A DNA stretch of 64,000 nt from Bacilli bacterium (lineage in GTDB: Bacteria > Bacillota_I > Bacilli_A > RF39 > UBA660), in the NCBI GenBank assembly GCA_017459425.1, contig JAFUCZ010000030.1:83651-147650 (forward strand). The letters are read 5' to 3'. The translations under genes and the position numbers were made by a program. Under the pieces are notes generated by a model. The model ran no database searches and was not told the origin of the DNA. It saw only the letters and a program-made list of their open reading frames with translations. Below, piece by piece: positions 58,082 to 64,000 of the stretch (its first letter is position 1; each line of letters opens with the position of its first letter).

Positions 58082-58136
58082 AAACATGAAAAGAGTATTT
58101 TTAAAAGTTATATTAGGATAATAAAAAGGACTTGGA

Positions 58137-58589
58137 TTATTTAATTTCCGAGTCTTTTGTTTTACCACATAACCAATCTATTGATATATTATAATGTTTA
58201 GCAAACTCAATAATATAAGATGTTAATATTAATGTTTCTCCTCGTTCATATTTAGAGTAGTTTGTTTGTATAGTACCAATTATTGTAGCAATATATTCTT
58301 GAGTATCATTATTTGCTAGTCTTATTTCTTTAAGTCTATTACCAACATTTATTTTATCTATTTCTTTTTTAATTATCTTTGTATTCTTGGTTTTAGATAA
58401 ACCACATATATAATCTAAACTTAAATTAAAATAATTACAAAATTCATTTAATTTAAGTAGGGGAATGGAATCTATACCGTTTTCCCAACCTGAATAAGTA
58501 GTTCTTTTAGTATTAAGTATATTTGCCATTTCTTTTTGCGTCATATCTTTATCTGTTCTAATATTCTTCATTAATTTTGTATAATACAT
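58137..58589 (-). CDS. XRE-family regulator with two HTH domains
   Basis: Two ...TQ.E.A..L...R.TYS..E blocks are present. Confidence 0.65.
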   Translation of the reverse strand: MYYTKLMKNIRTDKDMTQKEMANILNTKRTTYSGWENGIDSIPLLKLNEFCNYFNLSLDYICGLSKTKNTKIIKKEIDKINVGNRLKEIRLANNDTQEYIATIIGTIQTNYSKYERGETLILTSYIIEFAKHYNISIDWLCGKTKDSEIK

Positions 58590-58697
58590 AATGCTTTACA
58601 CCTCTAAAATAATTTTCCCATTTTCAGTAAAATTATTTAACAAATGACGGATATAGTGTTAAAATAATGATGTATAGGAAATGAAAAGAGGTGTTAT

Positions 58698-58952
58698 ATG
58701 TATTATTATAAAGAAGATGAGTTTAATTATAGTGATATTATAAAGATAAGTCTTGTTTATTTATTATTTGTATTATTGCTAGTAGTAAATTTTCATATTG
58801 CAGAAGTATTATGTAATATAGGTAATATTTCTTTTAATCTTGAATTATCTATTATGAGTATTGGGTTCGGATACGAGTTAACACTTGTATTATCATTAAT
58901 TGAATTAAGTGTATCGTGTTATTATATTTCTAAATTAGTTAATAAGCATTGA
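58698..58952 (+). CDS. small membrane protein
   Basis: Two TM helices. Confidence 0.3.
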   Translation: MYYYKEDEFNYSDIIKISLVYLLFVLLLVVNFHIAEVLCNIGNISFNLELSIMSIGFGYELTLVLSLIELSVSCYYISKLVNKH

Positions 58953-59139
58953 AAAATAAATGATTTTATGATATTCTTTAATTGTTAGAAGTTATTTCTA
59001 ACATTGAACCATTTTACTTTATCTTTCATATTCCTTCGGTTATGTTAGATAAAGAATAATAGCCTTTTAAAAGGCTATTTTAGTAAGATAACGGTAATAT
59101 ATATTTTATATATATTTGCTTGAATATAAAGGTGAGATT

Positions 59140-59601
59140 ATGAAACAAGATTATATTGATTTAGTAAATAAAATTAAACAAAAACAAAAAGAAAAAGAAG
59201 AACATAAAGGATTAAACGAAAATGCTAAAAAACTAATGAATGCTATTTTAACTGAACCTTTAAATGATATGATAAAAGAAGAAAATGAAAAGAAAGCATT
59301 AGATAATGTTATTTATATGAAAGAATATAAAAAAGATGATGTTGTTTTTGGTGTAGTATGTATAAAAAAAGACATTATTAAAAATATCGATCTAGGTGAA
59401 AAATATGAAATGTACTATGAAAATGAAACAGTATATGATTCATATATTATAATGATTGATAAAGAAAATGAACTAGATCATATAATGTTTAAAAGAACTG
59501 AAAAGAAAAAAGAAGGATTAGAGTATGCTGAATCTCTGTCAAGTATTATTGAAGAAAATAATCTGGATTATATTGTAAAGTTTATTAGTGAATCAATATA
59601 A
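59140..59601 (+). CDS. hypothetical protein
   Basis: ATG after the RBS AGGTGAG. Confidence 0.3.
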   Translation: MKQDYIDLVNKIKQKQKEKEEHKGLNENAKKLMNAILTEPLNDMIKEENEKKALDNVIYMKEYKKDDVVFGVVCIKKDIIKNIDLGEKYEMYYENETVYDSYIIMIDKENELDHIMFKRTEKKKEGLEYAESLSSIIEENNLDYIVKFISESI

Positions 59602-59720
59602 AACTATTTGCAATTGGTAAATAGATTTGATATAATTGGAATGTAAAAATTAAAAGGTAGTAAAGTTTTGAGAAATTTTACTACCTTATTTTTTTTATGA
59701 GAATGGAAAGGGCTGTTGTA

Positions 59721-59987
59721 ATGAGAAAGCATATTACAATAGAAACAAATTATGGCATGTTACATTCTAATTTAAAAAGGGTAATGGATAGGAAAAATAT
59801 ATCAATAAATATGATGAGCAAGCTCACGGGAATTAAGTATGATGTAATAAAAAGACATTATTATAATGAAACTTTTCAGGCAGATTATAATACTTTAGCT
59901 AAATTTTGTTATGTTTTAGGATGTAAGATTGAAGATATTTTAGCGTATGAGTGTACTGACGAAAAGCAAGAAAAACAAAGGGTTTAA
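59721..59987 (+). CDS. Cro/CI-type HTH regulator
   Basis: The sequence ISINMMSKLTGIKYDVIKRH is present. Confidence 0.45.
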   Translation: MRKHITIETNYGMLHSNLKRVMDRKNISINMMSKLTGIKYDVIKRHYYNETFQADYNTLAKFCYVLGCKIEDILAYECTDEKQEKQRV

Positions 59988-60380
59988 AGACTTTTGCAAT
60001 ATTTATAATTTAGATTATAAATAGATTATAAAATGGTTTTATAAAGGAGCATTTTAGGGCTTGATTTTCGATATGTCAAGGGCTATAATGTGTATAATGA
60101 GTGATAACTCTAAAGAGAGGACAACAATGCTACAAATGTTCGTTCCTTTAAAAAGGAATTGACATTGATATTTCAGGGTGCTAGTATAGAAACCAACAAA
60201 ATGAATTTGGCGATTTTCTATACTTTACTAGGAGGTTGTTGTCTATGGTGTTATTATTCATTAATCAATTTATTCCTTATATTAGATTTGATGTGCATGT
60301 ATTTGTTTATAATGTAAGTTAGGAGAATTATTGACTTTTTATGTCTGTAATTCTCTTTTCTTTATTTAGGGGGAGGTATT

Positions 60381-60845
60381 ATGAGAAGAAGAAAAAGTAT
60401 TTATTTGAGTAGTAATGTTGCAAATCAATATCCAACAGAAACATTAAAAAATATTATCTTTGATGTAGTTGATATTGTAGATAGTTTTATATTAGACTTC
60501 GGCGAAGAAGAAAATATTGATTCATCATCAATAACTAAATATGAAGAAAAATTAGGAAGTTTTCAAAGAGTTACTTCATCAAAAGTCGAAGCAATATGTT
60601 TAAACAAAATTAAAGATGACGAAAAGAAAAAAGAATTTATTCTTAAATATGGACTAGCACTAGAAAATCTAAATGAAATGGAAAAAAAGGTATTTGTTGC
60701 TACTTTTATAGACGGACTTACAAATAATGTAATAATAAAAACACTAGGACTTAACTCTGAACTACTTACCACGATTAGAAAAAGTGCCATTATAAGATTC
60801 AGTTTAAAAATGGGGCTAAATAAATTTATACATTTATATCAATAG
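60381..60845 (+). CDS. ArpU-like / sigma region-4-like small transcriptional regulator
   Basis: The sequence LNEMEKKVFVATFIDGLTNNVIIKTLGLN is HTH region-4-like. Confidence 0.4.
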   Translation: MRRRKSIYLSSNVANQYPTETLKNIIFDVVDIVDSFILDFGEEENIDSSSITKYEEKLGSFQRVTSSKVEAICLNKIKDDEKKKEFILKYGLALENLNEMEKKVFVATFIDGLTNNVIIKTLGLNSELLTTIRKSAIIRFSLKMGLNKFIHLYQ

Positions 60846-61068
60846 GACTATCAGCAGTATCGATGGTCTTTTTTTTATGTATTTTTTTGAGTTTATAGGG
60901 ACCTCATATAAAAAACTAACATGAGAGGAGGGAGAATATGCTATATAAAATACTAAAAATTCCTTAAAAATGCAAAAAACTGAAAATTGCCCTTGCAAAA
61001 TTTAATATTTTGAGAGATAAATAGTATAACAGATTTTATTATCTTGCTATTTAAGGAGGGACAACAAG

Positions 61069-61800
61069 ATGAAGAAAAAAATTATATGTATTGCTATTTG
61101 TATACTAATATTTATGGGTGCTTGTGTATGCGTTTATAATAATTATTCTAAAAAAGAAGTTAATTCATCAAACGAAGAATTAATTGATAATAAGGAAGAT
61201 ATTATTATAAATAAAGATGAAGAACAAACACAAGATAATAAGGTTGATGAAAAGGAAAAACAGGAAAAACAAGAAACAACAGAAACTAATGATGAAAAGA
61301 AATCAGATTTAGTTCAACCTAAAGAAGAATCAAGTAATCAAACAAGTAATAAAAAAGAAAATATACATGTAGAAGAACAAATACATAATGAAAATATTTA
61401 TAAGGAAGAAAATACAAATACACAAATTATTGAGGAAACAAAACACGAAGAACAAACTATTCAACCAGAGGTTGTAGATAATTCAGTAGATACGAATTCG
61501 TTAGATTATAACGAACATAGAGGTAGAATAGATTGTTATAGTTCTGATGAATGTATGAATATTTCTTTACCTATGCAATTTAAATTTAAAAAGTCTATTA
61601 CAAATTCACAATATATAACAGTAATGTCTAAGAGTGGAAATGTATTAGGATATTTCATTGAATATATGTTTAAAGAAAACACTTATTCAAGTAGTGAAGA
61701 ATGTGAAAATATAGGTAGAGAGATAAAACAAACATTATCAGACAAAGTTACAAGCTATCAATGTAATGGTAGCACACTTAAAATTTATACAAGTTATTAG
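61069..61800 (+). CDS. putative lipoprotein
   Basis: A signal with a Cys lipobox-like region (FMGACVC) and an E/K-rich linker. Confidence 0.4.
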   Translation: MKKKIICIAICILIFMGACVCVYNNYSKKEVNSSNEELIDNKEDIIINKDEEQTQDNKVDEKEKQEKQETTETNDEKKSDLVQPKEESSNQTSNKKENIHVEEQIHNENIYKEENTNTQIIEETKHEEQTIQPEVVDNSVDTNSLDYNEHRGRIDCYSSDECMNISLPMQFKFKKSITNSQYITVMSKSGNVLGYFIEYMFKENTYSSSEECENIGREIKQTLSDKVTSYQCNGSTLKIYTSY

Positions 61801-61838
61801 GAACATTAGGTTGTTCCTTTTTTTTATGGGAGGAAAAA

Positions 61839-64000
61839 ATGAAAAGATTAAGAAAGGTATTATTTGCACTCTCAATGATATTTATGTTTGGATTAGGAAT
61901 GGGAAGTGCAAAAGCAAGTGTTGATGATACATGGCTTGATCGAGATAGATTTGATGGTGTATATGAAGTTATTAATACTCAAAATAATACTTATTTATTT
62001 AAAGCAAATAGGTTTTTAATGAACGGTATTACAGCATACTGCATCGATCCAGGTGTCGCAATCAATACTGATATTTATTCTTCAACAGAGGATTGGAGTA
62101 TAGCCAATTTATCTAATGAAGTAAAACAAAAAGTAAGATTATATGCTTATTATGGATATGATTATCCAGGTCATCAAAGTAGATATTATTATATGGCATC
62201 ACAAGAGTTAATTTGGGAAACTATAACAGGTAGAGATACTTATTGGGTTACTGACAATTATTATGATGCTCCAAGAATTAATATTGAAAATGAGAAAAAC
62301 GAAATAATTAATTTAGTTAATAATCACTATGTAACTCCATCATTTGATGATACTACATTAGAAGTAAATATGGGTGATGAAATAACTATAACAGATAACA
62401 ACGGTGTTTTAAACAACTATGAAATATATAGTAGTAGTTTAAATGGGGTAGAGATTAATGGAAACACATTAAAAATTAAATCAAATAATACATCTGGAGA
62501 AAATGAAATACAATTTATAAAGAAAAATTTTGATAATAAGGTTACATTAATTTACTATAATGGAGATAATCAAAAAATGGCAAGTTCTGGAATGTTAGAT
62601 CCAGTTATTGCTAATGTTACTATTAAAACTACTGCTGGTACTATCACAGGAAATAAACTTGATATTAAAACAGGAAGTACACCACAAGGGGATGCTACTT
62701 TAAATGGTGCTAAATACGGTATTTATAATTCAAATAATGAACTTGTAGATATATTAGTAATTGGTACTAATAATACAAGTAAAACCTTACCTTATGGTAC
62801 TTATACTGTAAAAGAATTAGAAGCAAGTAAGGGTTATACTTTATCTGATAAGGTAGAAACCGTTACTATTAACTCTAATAATCAAAATCCAACTATTGAT
62901 TTATATGAAAAAGTTATATCAAATAAATATGAATTTCATAAAATTCTTACATCAGATTTAACTAGTATAATTAAAGCAGAAAAGAATATTAAATTTGATG
63001 TATATTTAAAATCAAACAACCAATTATTTACATCATTTACAACAGACGAAAATGGTAAAGCAACAATTGAATTACCTTATGGAACTTATGTAGTAAAACA
63101 AGTTAATTCTACAAAGAATTATAGAAAAGTAAAAGACTTTGAAATAGTGGTTAATAAAGATAGTAATGAAGAAAAAAGTATGCTTTTAACTGATAATGAG
63201 ATTACTGCTAAATTAAAAGTAATTAAAATAGATGCTGATACTGGAAATGTTGTAAAAAGAGCAAATATTAAATTCAAAATTAAAAGTTTAGATACAAATG
63301 AATATGTATGCCAAACTATATCATATCCAAATACTGTAGAAGTATGTGAATATGAAACTGATGAAAATGGTGAGTTTATAACTCCATATCCATTACATAG
63401 TGGTAAATATACTTTAGAAGAAGTAGACCAAAAGATTGATGGATATTTATGGAATAAAGAAAGTAAACCATTTGAAATAGGAGAAAATTCAAAATTAATT
63501 ACTGATGATAATGGAATCTTATTTGAAGTAAATTTTGATAATAAAGAGGTAAAAGGTAAAGTTAATATTATTAAAACTGGAGAAGAAATGGTAATTGAAG
63601 ATGGTTCTTATCATTATGAAAAAGCTAATATTGATAATGTATCTTATCAATTATTTGCAAATGAAGATATTAAATCAGCAGATGGAACAGAGATATATAA
63701 GAAAAATGATTTAATTGGTACATATAAAATTAAAAATGGAAAATTAAGTATAAATGATTTATATTTAGGTAAATATTACCTAGTAGAAAAAACAACAGAT
63801 AAAAATCATGTGTTAGATACTACTAAACATTATTTTACTATTAAATATAAAGACCAATATACTCCTGTTGTATCAGTAGATTTATCTTTTGAAAATAGTT
63901 TAAAGAAAGGTACTATTGAATTTACTAAAACAGACCTTGTTAATGGTGATGTTATACCTAATACTGAAATAAAAATATTTACTGATAAAAATGAAGAAAT
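61839..64000 (+). CDS. surface adhesin with thioester domain (YCIDPG) and Cna-B/SpaA-type repeats; 3' end beyond window
   Basis: A signal peptide is present. The TAYCIDPGVAIN region is TQXA-thioester-like. Repeated TGxLxIxKxD prealbumin-fold motifs follow. The frame is open to the window edge. Confidence 0.6.
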   Translation, partial: MKRLRKVLFALSMIFMFGLGMGSAKASVDDTWLDRDRFDGVYEVINTQNNTYLFKANRFLMNGITAYCIDPGVAINTDIYSSTEDWSIANLSNEVKQKVRLYAYYGYDYPGHQSRYYYMASQELIWETITGRDTYWVTDNYYDAPRINIENEKNEIINLVNNHYVTPSFDDTTLEVNMGDEITITDNNGVLNNYEIYSSSLNGVEINGNTLKIKSNNTSGENEIQFIKKNFDNKVTLIYYNGDNQKMASSGMLDPVIANVTIKTTAGTITGNKLDIKTGSTPQGDATLNGAKYGIYNSNNELVDILVIGTNNTSKTLPYGTYTVKELEASKGYTLSDKVETVTINSNNQNPTIDLYEKVISNKYEFHKILTSDLTSIIKAEKNIKFDVYLKSNNQLFTSFTTDENGKATIELPYGTYVVKQVNSTKNYRKVKDFEIVVNKDSNEEKSMLLTDNEITAKLKVIKIDADTGNVVKRANIKFKIKSLDTNEYVCQTISYPNTVEVCEYETDENGEFITPYPLHSGKYTLEEVDQKIDGYLWNKESKPFEIGENSKLITDDNGILFEVNFDNKEVKGKVNIIKTGEEMVIEDGSYHYEKANIDNVSYQLFANEDIKSADGTEIYKKNDLIGTYKIKNGKLSINDLYLGKYYLVEKTTDKNHVLDTTKHYFTIKYKDQYTPVVSVDLSFENSLKKGTIEFTKTDLVNGDVIPNTEIKIFTDKNEE

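Overview
The window is a very AT-rich (roughly 27% GC) low-GC Firmicute chromosome segment that looks Clostridium-like. Almost all genes are on the + strand.

Positions 1-22.8 kb are core-like. They carry a NUDIX/MazG pair, a five-LysM protein next to a SpoIID-like peptidoglycan-binding protein, and a Phd/YoeB toxin-antitoxin pair. A T-box leader precedes proS. They also hold a TtcA-like gene, a GH25 muramidase, a tRNA-Gln(CUG) immediately upstream of gltX, a CIRCE operator ahead of a small heat-shock gene, and an ABC transporter operon.

From about 22.9 kb the region looks accessory. It opens with a promoter-driven tRNA-like 5' half and two divergent XRE regulators, then an exonuclease/Zn-ribbon protein and a GNAT.

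The most striking structure lies at 27.0-41.4 kb. Five pairs of lox-like sites occur here. Each site has 10-bp arms GTTCGTAGAA / TTCTACGAAC flanking a 9-bp centre. The central 7 bp is T-NNNNN-A and is unique to each pair. The two members of each pair are exact inverse copies of each other. One pair encloses a tyrosine recombinase gene. The other four enclose homologous, non-coding modules of about 170-190 bp. These modules sit between multi-gene cassettes that encode small proteins, membrane proteins and NPKTG-anchored surface proteins. I read this as a single-recombinase array of heterospecific invertible switches.

Downstream are an HD-domain gene, a sigma factor and many hypotheticals. A cluster of antibiotic-modification-like genes follows (APH, P-loop kinase, four GNATs, ANT). 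More XRE regulators and a lipoprotein come next. The window ends inside a thioester/Cna-B adhesin gene.
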